This document shows, in pieces, positions 51,714-63,505 of a DNA stretch of 64,000 nt. Each line of letters begins with the position of its first letter. The stretch's first letter is position 1. Made by a program: the position numbers and the translations under genes. This DNA comes from Dimorphilus gyrociliatus (lineage: Eukaryota; Animalia; Annelida). The notes under the pieces were generated by a model. It ran no database searches, was not told where the DNA came from, and saw nothing but the letters and a program-made list of their open reading frames with translations. Location: contig CAJFCJ010000007.1 of assembly GCA_904063045.1 (NCBI GenBank), forward strand, positions 4,285,404 through 4,349,403. The letters run 5' to 3'.

Positions 51714-52243
51714 ATGCCCATAGTTTTTCTCATTGTTTTTTATCAACAGTTTTTCAGTTTTGACGTTCTCACAGCAAAAACAATATTACTGGTTTGTGAG
51801 AACAAACCAATAAATTATCTCTCAACGTAACTTTCTTGAGTTCTTTGTTATTAAAATAATTTTTTAGAACTCATTTAGTGAGCGCAGCGGATTCAATTAC
51901 ATCCATTTTCAGATTTAAACCTTGCATATTATTTATAATTCATTTATGTAACAAGTTCAACAACCACCTCGTTAAAGCATGCTTCTCATTTAACTTTTTG
52001 TCTAGTTAAATCTGCGCACATGGAAGTATAGTGTGTTTTATTGCCTGATGTGAATAAACTGGTAGTTGCCAAACTGATAAATTGCGGAACATTCTAAATC
52101 GAGCATTCGTCATATCTACAACTCATTACAATCTCTCAAGTTGAGATATAGAGAAAGTATCTAAAAAAGGAATCACTTCCGAAAAAATATATTGTTCTTA
52201 TGCTGAGAGAATATTTTACAATTAATGGTCTTTAGGAACGATA

Positions 52244-54779
52244 ATGGATGAAAATATTAATAATACCCAGGCCCGTCTTCGGAAGAACCAAGGGGCTAAA
52301 GTTGAGACAAAAGAATATGAAGAATGTAAGGCTAGATTTGATTATGCCAAAGATAACTTGGACGATAATGATGATAAAAGTGTACCCCCATTATCTTTTG
52401 AAAATTCTTGGACGGAAGGACAGAGACTTTCATTTAATGTAAAACAACAATGGCAATTTCTTGTATTCTTCCTATCTCTTTGTATATCTATGTATTTCTT
52501 AACTATATACAACGAAAGACAATTAATAAAAATAAAAGAGGAATACGCTATGAATGTAAAGCATGAAGAATTTTGGTGGCAAAAAGCTTTTATTTATAGG
52601 ATTGATGTTGGACAGTTTGTTGATTCGAACAAGGATGGTGTTGGGGATTTTTTAGGTTAATTGAATTTCTGTAACCATTATAAAATCTATTTATATATTG
52701 TTTTTTTCACTAATATCCTTTACCTTTTTCCTTTGATTATTTTTATGCTGTATAAAGGAATCGTTGCAAAAATTGAGTTATTGAACTCTCTATTGGTCGA
52801 TGCAATATTAATTGAAAATGCCTTCTCGCAAACTGAATCTGGAGCAATATTAAATTTTTACGATGCCCACTCAAAATATGGCGGATTGGAAGAGTTTAAG
52901 CAAATGATTTCAGTATTGAAGGAATCTGGTAAGCCAACCTTAGCAAACACTTGTTTTTTATTATGTAATCTTAACAATTACTTTATAGGTGTAAGAGTTT
53001 TATTAAGGGTGAGACCCAATCAAACTAGCAAACTTCATAATTGGTTCGTATTAAGCGAGACATGTGGAGATTGTAAAGAAAAAGATTACTATATATGGGC
53101 AGACTGTTCTCCTGGTAAACCCCCAAATAACTGGGTAAAGTCAAATATTTACGATACTATTAAAAAGGTTACACAATAATGAACTAATCAATAATCTTAT
53201 TAGAAAAATAACAGAGGAGAATCAATATGGAATTATAGTGAAGTTAGAAAACAATGCTATTTAAGTCAATTAGGTGGGAAACTTGCCGACTTAAACTTTC
53301 GAAATGTAAATGTAATTAACGAGTTTAAAGTAAGTTTCTTGATTAAAATGTAAATGTAACACTACTTAAATTGACAGTTATATACTAAATTTGTTTTATC
53401 TCTTTTCTTAAGAATATATTCAAAAAATGGTTAAAATTAGGCATCGATGGCTTCCTTTTAGACGAACTTGATTTATTGTACGAAGAGGAAGATTTATCTG
53501 TAGATGAAGTAGTAGACGATGTGGAAGTAAACGAGGAAGGAGAAACTATTGTAAGTTTTTAATTGTTTGTTTTGGTATTTGTTTTACTCAAATAAATAAA
53601 TTCACGAATGCAGTTTTTATGGCTTTTTATTTTGTTTACAGAAGATTGATACGTCAAAAGAATTGACAAGAAACAGACACGAAGTTTATGATTTATTAGC
53701 TCTATGGCGAGAAGTGTTTGATACCTATCAGATAAAAAATAACGTTCAACTGTATATAAATAATTGATGTGTATATCCTTAAAATAACATTAAATCTTTA
53801 CTCTAACAGTTTTATTTCCTGTCAATTTCTGGAGCCTGACATGCCCTCAGAATCAGCACGATATTTTGACACTGGAATAGACGCTCCAATAAAAACATTT
53901 AATGTTGTTCCCAAGTGTGGTAGCATGTGTTTTTACCAAGAAATTGACAGTTGGATCACCGAAGTTCCATCAAACAAAGTCTCCTCTTGGGGTGTAAGGA
54001 TTTTTTTAAATTTTATATTCTGTTTTAAAAGTTGTTAAATCAGCACTTGCAAAATACTATTTAATAGCTATAGTGGCTTAAAATGAACTGTACTTTATAG
54101 TTCATTAAAGAGTTATTAGCTGATTGATTACTAAAAAAAAACTGTCAAAGGAGCAGAATTCATAGGTTTTTAGGTATTATAAACTAAAAATAATAAATAT
54201 CTAATTGACTTGTAGAAGTGTAAGAACTTCAAAAACAGAATATTTATCCTCTTTGCAACATTAAAAACTATTAGTACTTTATTTTTTTCAGCTTGATGGA
54301 AAACATTCCGTTTTACATGATTTATTAATTATGACTCTTCCAGGAACTGCTTTTATCCAAAGAAATTTATCAGTTAGTTTTTTGTTCTTTTCTATTAAAC
54401 ATGATCTTATTGCTAAGTATTGTATTTTCTTTGATAGGATGATTCCGCATTGAAAACATTCGAAAGACTATCTAATCTTAGAAAAGAACATTCCTTTCTT
54501 AATGGAAAATTCAATTATGCTGTTATAACGAATTCTATACTTTCATATGTTCGTTACGCAAGGCGTTTCCTTCCTTACTTGGTTGCTGTGAATTTTGGTG
54601 AAAAGACAGAATCTATCGATTTTACAGAATCTACAAATTACATGAGCGGTGAAATAATGGCAGTTACGAATCCAACTGGTAAATCCTTCAATCAATTATA
54701 TCAGAAAGTTGGATTAAAAGATCTGAAGCTTAATGACGGAGAAGGAGTTGTAATCAGATTACTTCCAGATGACCTTTGA
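52244..54779 (+). CDS. SLC3A1/SLC3A2-like type II membrane protein with a degenerate GH13 (alpha-amylase/maltase-like) ectodomain, multi-exon
   Basis: Cytosolic N-terminus and TM QFLVFFLSLCISMYFLTIY. Then WWQKAFIYRIDVGQFVDSNKDGVGDFLG, DYYIWAD...PPNNW, CYLSQL...ADLNFRN, WLKLGIDGFLLD, LLIMTLPGTAF and LVAVNFG. Stop at 54777-54779. Confidence 0.85.
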
Positions 54780-55620
54780 ACAATTTATACACTTATTCTC
54801 CTTTGCATTTTAAGTAGCATTACAAATGTGTATATAATCTCTTTACTGTTATTGATTTACATTTGTTAGACGCTTTTTTGCTATAGGTATAAAACAACTG
54901 ATATTTGTTTATTTATAAAAATGAGTCAAGCTATACACTTAAATTCATTTACAATTTACTAACATTTGTAGTTGCTACTAACTTAGAACTTGGTACCTGG
55001 AACGAAAATGAATGGGAAAAATGAAAGAGAAATGGACAAATAAAGAATAAATTGTATTCCTTTTTGTAAATTATGATATTAAAAATTACGAATAACGGTA
55101 ATAGAAGGTCTTTTGAGATATCAATGGTGCTTAAATAATTTATCGGGAAAGAATTTGACAATTAGATACGTCATTGTTGGGAAAAATTGCATTTTTCTAT
55201 GGCAAAACTAAGTAAACGAACATTTCTTTTTGTCTATAACTTGCAGAATTATTATAATGTAGACTGAAATGAGTATTGTCTTATATACTAACGTATATAC
55301 AGTATATTTATATATATATACTATTTAGATCACTTATTACCTAAGAGTATATACTTGTCTGACTACAACAGAGAGGTAGATATTGAACGAACGAAAAGAA
55401 TAAGCTTCTAAGTTGGAAGGAATATGACTGAAAATATAGGTTTTTATGTTGTAATTATATCTCTTTGAAAGATGGTTATAGACTGCGAAATCACTTTCTC
55501 CATTTGATATTCCATATTTTATGTTCTTACTCTCTTATTATATTACTATTATTTTTTTAACAATACCCTTATTTTCCTATATTTAATGTAATATATTTTT
55601 TAATTGAACTATAAAAATTT

Positions 55621-56365
55621 TTACTGATCGTCTTGAGTTCTAGTCCTGTGAAATTTCTCAACAATTTTTCGCACGTGAGATAAAGCATGGTGGTCGTTAG
55701 GCTTAGATGAAGTTAATTTTGCTAGTTTATCAACGTTTTCAGTTCCGTACGGCGGTGATATTACAATTTCGTCGAATACAACCAAAGACTTTTCTTGCCA
55801 GCTAACTTCTTCTATCCTAAAAGTAATAATCGATATTAGAATATACAATATATGTACATCTTCTGATAAATACCAATTATTAATATTTTATGTAATTTAA
55901 TATTTATAAAATAACTTACGTTTGCCTAATGAAATTACATAAATTCTGGGCTTTGGGAGGTACGTTAAAGCCTATATATCTGGACTCATTTTTCTTCATC
56001 TCAACATTGTTTTGAGTGCGTTTTGCTAATTCTTCTTTACCCACGAAATTTATTGCAACTTCAAAGTCATTTCTCGGTTCTTCTGTTACCTTTAACTCTT
56101 GTATATGTTGCATATTTATCATGTCAATATCGTATAATTTTCGCTTGCCGCTCTTAGCTCTTCTTCCTATAAGAAATCATATGATTATACTGGATGTGCA
56201 GAATTATTGCAAATTTTCGTGCGAATTCCTACTTAAAATGAGAATTTCATTCGTTGGGTCAAAAGCCATTACTTCACCCCTTTTTTCCCTTCCGTCAACG
56301 CATCGTAGCAATAATTTCGTACCCTTTAAAAGGCATTCTTCGTCCGGTATCTTTTTAGCCGCCAT
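55621..56365 (-). CDS. LSM12: LSM12 homologue, copy B, three exons
   Basis: MAAKKIPDEECLLKGTKLLLRCVDGREKRGEVMAFDPTNEILIL|RRRAKSGKRKLYDIDMINMQH...QNLCNFIRQT|IEEVSWQEKSLVV...ISPPYGTENV...HALSHVRKIVEKFH. Both intron positions match copy A. Confidence 0.9.
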
Positions 56366-56388
56366 TGTTGACATAAGATACTAACAGG

Positions 56389-56398
56389 GCGCCATCTA
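56389..56398. promoter_or_regulatory. CTCF-like core motif upstream of LSM12 copy B
   Basis: GCGCCATCTA, 24 bp upstream of the ATG, in the short TRPT1-LSM12 spacer. Confidence 0.45.
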
Positions 56399-56527
56399 TA
56401 GTTTCATTTTGTAAATCTCTTATTTCGGATATAAAATAAATCTTTGAATATTCAAGAATCTTTGTATTATAAATAGTTAAAGTAACTATTGTTAAATGAT
56501 CAGTAATTGGATGCTAAAGAAAAACAA

Positions 56528-57396
56528 TTATGATCCAGTTTTCACTTTAATAATATATTTAGGCGGTAAACAGCCAGTGGAATCGCCAGGAGAAACAATA
56601 ACTCCATTAGCCGATTGAAAGAATTCGTAACCATCTGTTTAAAGAGAAAGAATAAGAAAACTTAATTAAAGTATTGTAATTTGATAATAATTCTATGCAT
56701 CTTATATTACCGTTAATTGCTCCAACCATATCTACATAGAGAAAGACTGTACATCCACTGGGTATTCCGCTTATGGCGTTCTCATCATCTCTAGCGAAAT
56801 GAATATGTTGACGATTCATACGATTAATACCCTGAAAAAATAATGTAATGTTTACTCATGACACATTTATTATTATTAGTCTTATAACAGTTTGTCTTAT
56901 TTTTTGCCAACACTTGTTATTTGTTCCATGAATAATAAATCCGTAACTTTGGGCTTGTTGAGTCGTAATTTTTTGGATGGAGGTATTGTTTATGCTTATA
57001 GTATGTCCTTGACAAGCTTTTATAAATGCTTGACCTCCACTTTCTTTTATTTCGTACCGTTTTTTTTTGTCTTCTTCAGCTAATCGATAAAATGAGTCCG
57101 TATTGAATTCACGAAATGATTTTAAGGTCAATAGATCTTGAATTGGAACATAACCATCTAAAAAGCAAGAAAATAGATAGGTTAAAAGTAACTTTAAAGG
57201 CTGGATATTAAGAACAAATCAATAATTACCTGAGTCTGGTTTCACTATCTTACTTGTTCCATGCCTTAAAATAGATACAAGTTCTATTGATCTTTTATTA
57301 TCGATCTGGAAAAAAGAAACATTAAGATGGTTGCATTCTTTATTTATTGCAGGATAATATGGTTTCGCCATATACCCTCTTTCCTATTGCATGCAT
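56528..57396 (-). CDS. TRPT1: tRNA 2'-phosphotransferase 1 (Tpt1/KptA), multi-exon; start codon uncertain (57396 or 57371)
   Basis: SILRHG, DGYVPI, DKKKRYE, ACQGHT, IIHGT, GINRMNRQHIHF and FFQSANGVIVSPGDSTGCLPPKY. Stop at 56528. Confidence 0.9.
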
Positions 57397-57448
57397 TTCC
57401 AAACATGGAAGTTTTTGAGAAACGAAAGTAACAACTAGTGTCCTCTAT

Positions 57449-57528
57449 CCAATAAATTTTTGCGCAGGAACCGGAAAAAGGGGAATTTTTTAACACCTGT
57501 TGACGTCACATTCAAGGATATCCCGGAA
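57449..57528. promoter_or_regulatory. TRPT1/MYO6 bidirectional promoter with CCAAT, TGCGCA, ETS and full CRE
   Basis: CCAAT at 57449, TGCGCA at 57461, CCGGAA at 57471 and 57523, and palindromic TGACGTCA at 57501-57508. A donor (ag|gtgagt, 57582) and an acceptor just before the MYO6 ATG (58670) suggest a non-coding MYO6 first exon here. Confidence 0.55.
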
Positions 57529-57885
57529 CACCTATATGTTTCGACTGAGATAACAGGTGTTTGACCAGTCAACTAAATTAGGTGAGTAATATCGTCCGAC
57601 ATTTACTAAAAAGATCGTTTAAAAGCTTGGCGTTAATATTCGAATAGTGTTTAATTAAGATATAAAGTGATCGTGACTTGACTACCTCGCGTATTTAAGT
57701 ACTCCACCCTGTGCGTTATTCGTCCTCGATCGCCGGCACGTACACGTCAAAGGTATAGAATTTTTCTTGGTTATATAGACTATCTGAATAGCTAAGCATT
57801 TTTACTTTAGTCACAACCGGAATTAGTACATAGTTAAAACGTTCAAATCCAAACGATTAACTGTCAGACTAGGAGTTTATATATA

Positions 57886-57888
<3 letters not shown>

Positions 57889-57928
<40 letters not shown>
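57889..57928. repeat. (AT)20 microsatellite
   Basis: Perfect dinucleotide run in the putative MYO6 5'-UTR intron. Confidence 0.97.
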
Positions 57929-57935
<7 letters not shown>

Positions 57936-58680
57936 TAAACCACTATAAGTGTAAAAAAAAGAGAAAAAAGGAAAGAAATAGAGTTATGTTGAAATTGAAG
58001 GAAAGAGGCGAATTGATTTGTCTTCGTAATCCTTGTTCATTGGTTATACTGTATTTTCGTTTGACACGTCTATTCTATTATATAGTGTGTAAGAATCTTA
58101 AATAATACATATACTATTATATATATATATTTCTTTGTATTTCTTTTAACTTCCTGTATTATATCATTCAAAATATTGAAAGAATCGGCGTAATTTCGGT
58201 TAAAATTTGAAATATTCTAATATCAAAATTAAAGAAAAGATTATCGAAGAGGCGTGATAGTTTAGATAGATATGGTTAAGCCTAATATTTAGTATATATA
58301 CTTGTATTGTAAAAGAAACATCCAGAAGATAAAACACGATCTACAACCGTGACAATTGTTATTAAACATTTTATACAGGTGTTTGTCAGGTACTGAAAAA
58401 GAATTACTCGTTTCTCTCTCTTTCTCACTCTTTTTTATCAATAAAATTAAAAATAAAACAAAAGTAAAAAAATCTATATTGTGTACTCTATACATCAATT
58501 GTAAAGTGTATTCATTCAGATATTTCTATATACATACTGTATATAAATTTATACCTGCATGTATACTTATATTCCATGTTAAATATATATATATAAATGT
58601 ATATACAGTATGTATGCTTGTGTATTTCTACAGGTGCGTTTCATATTATAGGCCTTTGTTAATATTATAGGTAACCGAAT

Positions 58681-61600
58681 ATGGACGACAATAAAAGAGT
58701 TTGGGTCCCACACCAGACGGATGGTTTCAAATTGGGTCGGATAATCGATTTAGGTTCTGATTCAATTTCTGTTGAACCTTTCGATACACCAGGCCAGGTA
58801 AGAAACAATCTGTTTACATAAATCATTGCTATATACAGTATATATATATATATATATATCATATACTGTATATTACTAATATATAAACATATTTAATATA
58901 CTGTATACATAAATAGCACAAAATTTTACCCCCAACTAGACCCCTCCCTATTCTTTTTTATGCAATCTGAAAATTTTATATCGATTATTTTCTCTCTTAA
59001 CCCTATTGGTTCTTCTTTTATTCTAACGATTTTTTTTCATTCGCGCTCTGTTTTGTTCAAGTCGCTTCAGTTTCGCTTGTTAGACCTATATCGCAAGACT
59101 TTAATACTTGTTAGAAATATTAGTATTAGTAATTCTTCCTATTGATATGATTGTCTATCTTTACTGGTTCCAATAATGAATTGTCAAGTGTTGCATATTG
59201 AATAGAAACACATGTGTAATATAATTATATGCAGTATGTAGGAGTATATCATTATATATTGAATATTTAGATATAAGTATATTATATTATATAGTATATA
59301 CTATAGCAAATTTAATATTCAACAATTTTTTTTATCTCTTCGTTTAAGACTTCTGATTTTTTATTATAGGCAATAAGTGCACCATATGATAGAGTATTTC
59401 CGGCTGAAGAATACGATAACAAGGATGTTGAAGACAATTGCAGTTTAATGTACCTGAATGAAGCTACACTGCTAAATAATTTACGGATTCGCTACAAGAA
59501 GGTTTTAAGCCTATAATTGAATTCATTAATATTCTAAACGTTGCGTTACTACATGCTCTAAAACGAAAATTTCATTTTTTCACCTCTACCTATAGGATGC
59601 CATCTATACATACGTCGCTAACATCTTAATTGCTGTTAATCCATACAAAGATGTGTCACATTTGTATGGGACTGCCGCTATTAAGAACTATCAGGGTAAA
59701 TCCCTTGGCACTGTTCCGCCTCATGTATATGCAATTGCCGATAAAGCTTATCGTGATATGAAAACTTTGAGAGCAAGTCAATCGATAATTGTTTCGGGAG
59801 AATCAGGTGCAGGAAAAACTGAATCAACAAAATACATACTAAAATATCTTACTGAATCATGGGGCACTCACGCCGGACCGATTGAGGATAGAATAAATGA
59901 ATCTAATCCATTGCTAGAAGCATTTGGAAACGCTAAAACGGTCCGCAACAATAATTCATCAAGATTTGGTAAATTTGTCGAAATTCACTTTGATAAGAAG
60001 ATGCTTGTAGCTGGCGGTTATATCTCGCATTATCTATTAGAAAAGAGTAGAATTTGTACGCAGAGTCCTGAAGAGAGAAATTATCACATTTTTTACAGAA
60101 TGTGTGCAGGAGCTCCAGAGACTTTATACAATAGTCTTAAATTAGCTGCACCAGATCAATTTAGGGTAAGTAATAAAGTATAAATATACAGTTTGTAGTC
60201 TATATAATATTATAGCTATATATAGTATATATATATATATATATATATATAATAATATATATATATTAATATATACAATATATAGTGTATATGAAAAAGA
60301 AGCTTTAAATTGAAAAAAAAAAATTAAACAAATTTTTCTCTGCTCTTCTTAGTTTTCTCTTGAACACTGTTCAAAAGAAAATAAAGAAAGGTCTTTTTAA
60401 TGAGCCAAAGCATGATAAAAACTTAGAGTTTTTAAATTTTTATCGTCTAAAGCTTTATCTCTTGCATGATTATTATTACTGTTATGTCGTGATGTGCACA
60501 ACAGTATCTGAATCGTGGGAACACTCAATTCTTTTCTTCAAACTCCGATTTGGCATCGAATAGGAAAAGTCAACAGGTACGTATATGGTTTTCTCTAGAA
60601 TTGAGAATAAAAGCAAAGAACAAAAGAAATATAATCCTTTTTTACTTTTAACTTAAGTATTATAATATCGGATTTATTTTGTTCTTTGCTCCTTTTTTTG
60701 TATCTTTTTTGTTTTGTTTGTTTTTTTTTGACTTTAATTTATTATTTTACCCGACTGAATTATTATAATAATACAAATTTTTTTTAAAAAAAAACTAGAA
60801 AAACTTTAATTTATCAAATGCTAATTTCATTTATAAATGTTCTTTTAGTTCCTCAAGTCTGGAAGCTTGAATGATCCTGTGATGAATGATATTAATGATT
60901 TTGCAGTCACTGATAAAGCGCTTTCTTCTATGGGTATGGAGGATCAAACTAGAAGCTTAATATATTCGGTTGTTGCTGGCATTCTTCATCTTGGAAATGT
61001 TTCATTCGAAGATGATCATGATGATAAGAAAGGTGGTTGTAAGGTGACAGCTGACACTGAACGCTTTTTACAAAACGCCGCTCAACTTTTGGGCGTCGAC
61101 GAGAAAGATCTTAAATCAGAATTAACTTCAAGAGTTATGCAGTCCGCGAAGGCTGGTAAAAGTGGAACGGTAATAAAAGTCCCACTTCGTCAAAGCGAAG
61201 CAAACAATGCAAGAGATGCTTTAGCCAAGTTTATCTATGGAAAGCTATTCGATTATATAGTAAAGTGTGTTAATCAAGCTTTACCGTTTCAAAATTCTCA
61301 AAACTATATTGGTGTTCTGGATATCGCTGGATTTGAGTATTTTCAAGTTAACAGCTTTGAACAGTTTTGTATCAATTATTGTAATGAAAAATTACAACAA
61401 TTCTTTAATGAAAGGATTTTAAAAGAAGAACAAATTTTATACGAAAAGGAAGGTTTAAATGTAAAGAAAATCAACTATATTGATAATCAAGATTGCATCG
61501 ATCTCATTGAAAAAAAATCGATTGGTATTTTTGATGTATTAGACGAAGAGAGTAAATTACCTCAACCAAAACCGGATCACTTTACTAGTGAAGTTCATTC

Positions 61601-63465
61601 GAAAAATAAGAATCACTTTCGTTTGTCTATACCTAGAAAATCGAAATTAAAGGCTCATAGAGAAGTTAGAGACGATGAAGGCTTCCTTATTAGGCACTTT
61701 GCAGGTGCTGTATGCTATCACACTAAGCAGTTCATTGAAAAGAATAACGACGCTTTGCACTTTTCTCTGGAGATGATTATCTCGGAGAGTAAAAGTCCTC
61801 TTGTTAAGGAGATTTGCTCTCCAGATCCAAATGCTAAAAAGGTTCAAACAAAAGGAAAGCTTGCGTTTATATCAGTTGGATCGAAATTTAGAACTCAATT
61901 ATCAACTCTTATGGAGAAGCTTCGTTCAACTGGAACAAGCTTTATTCGTTGCATAAAACCCAATTATAAAATGATTTCGCAATGTTTCGAGGGTATGCCA
62001 ATTCTTATACAACTTCAATGTTCTGGAATGACATCCGTTTTGGAGTTGATGCAGCAAGGTTACCCGTCTAGAACTCAATTTTCTGAACTGTACAACATGT
62101 ATAAACAATACATGCCTCCTGATATTGCTAGGTTGGACGCTAGATTATTTTGTAAAGCTTTGTTCAAAGCTCTTGGATTAAACGAAATGGATTTCAAATT
62201 CGGTCTAACAAAAGTATTTTTTAGGCCAGGAAAATTTGCGGAATTCGATCAAATTATGCGATCTGATCCTGAAAATCTAGCACTACTAATTAAAAAGGTT
62301 AAAAAATGGTTGATATGCAGCAGATGGCGTAAAGCCCAATGGTGTACACTTTCTGTAATAAAACTCAAGAATAAGATTTTGTATAGAAGGGAACTACTCC
62401 TTCTCTTACAGAAGACTATTAAATCGTGGTTGGCTGTTAGGGAATATAGACCACGTATCAAGGCTGTTAGTAGAATACTGGCTTTGCACGATCAATTATC
62501 TGCCGTTGAGCCAATTATACCGCAGTTGAAAAAGGATAAAGATTCAGCAGCCAAATCAGTTAAAAAGGTCAAAGAACGACTTGGAGAGGTTGTCGCTAAA
62601 ATACGCCAAGGAAAACTGGTTGCTGCCAAAGATTTGGAAAAATCATATAGCGAAATGGTTAAGGAAGTTGATAAAAATGTTATGGATATTAGAAAGTTGC
62701 TCGAAAAGCAAAAGGCGGCCGACGAAGCGGATAGGTTAAGAAAGATACAGGAAGAAATGGAGAAAAATAAGAAATTGAAAGAAGAAGAAGAAAGAAAGAA
62801 GAAAGCGGAAGAGGAAGAAAAACGTCTAAAAGCGGAAATGGAATTGAAGAGGAAGAAGGAAGAGGAAGTTGCTCGTAAAGCTGAAGAAGCAGAGAGAAAA
62901 GCGGCTGAAAAGAATGCCGGTAAAATACAAAAAGAAAAAGAAGAAGCTGCTAAAAAGTATTTATTATAAGAATATAATATTAATGAAGATTAATAATATT
63001 TAAAAATTTTTTAAAAATCTATCAGCCAAGAAAGATTGGAACAAGAAAGAAGAGATCGTGAATTGGCATTAACACTAGTTAACGGAGAACAGGGAGCCGT
63101 TGAAGAAGCTGCTCCAACTGCAAGGTATGTATATATAAAAAAGCATTCTTACACTTTGTTAGACGTAGCTGTTATGGAATGTTAATATCAGCAGAATTGC
63201 GTGGTTTTTTATTCTTTTTTTTGCATCCTTACATTACTATTATCGTTGCATTTTATACGAGAAAAATCTCCGCATGCCTAAAATATTGTTGGAATTTGTA
63301 GTATTTTTGTTTGTCTTTCTCGTTAAAACAAACAAACAAACAAACAAATCGCTTATAGCATTATGAAGGCAAAAAAAAAAGAGAAAAAAATCAATCTTGT
63401 AAGGCAAAGTGTTACTTTATACTGCTTTCAAACATGTATATATATATTTATATACAGTATATATA

Positions 63466-63505
<40 letters not shown>

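Noticed and set aside
58289-59145. ORFs upstream of and within MYO6 introns
   Set aside because: They are low-complexity AT/TA-rich sequence with F/I/Y/K-biased translations.
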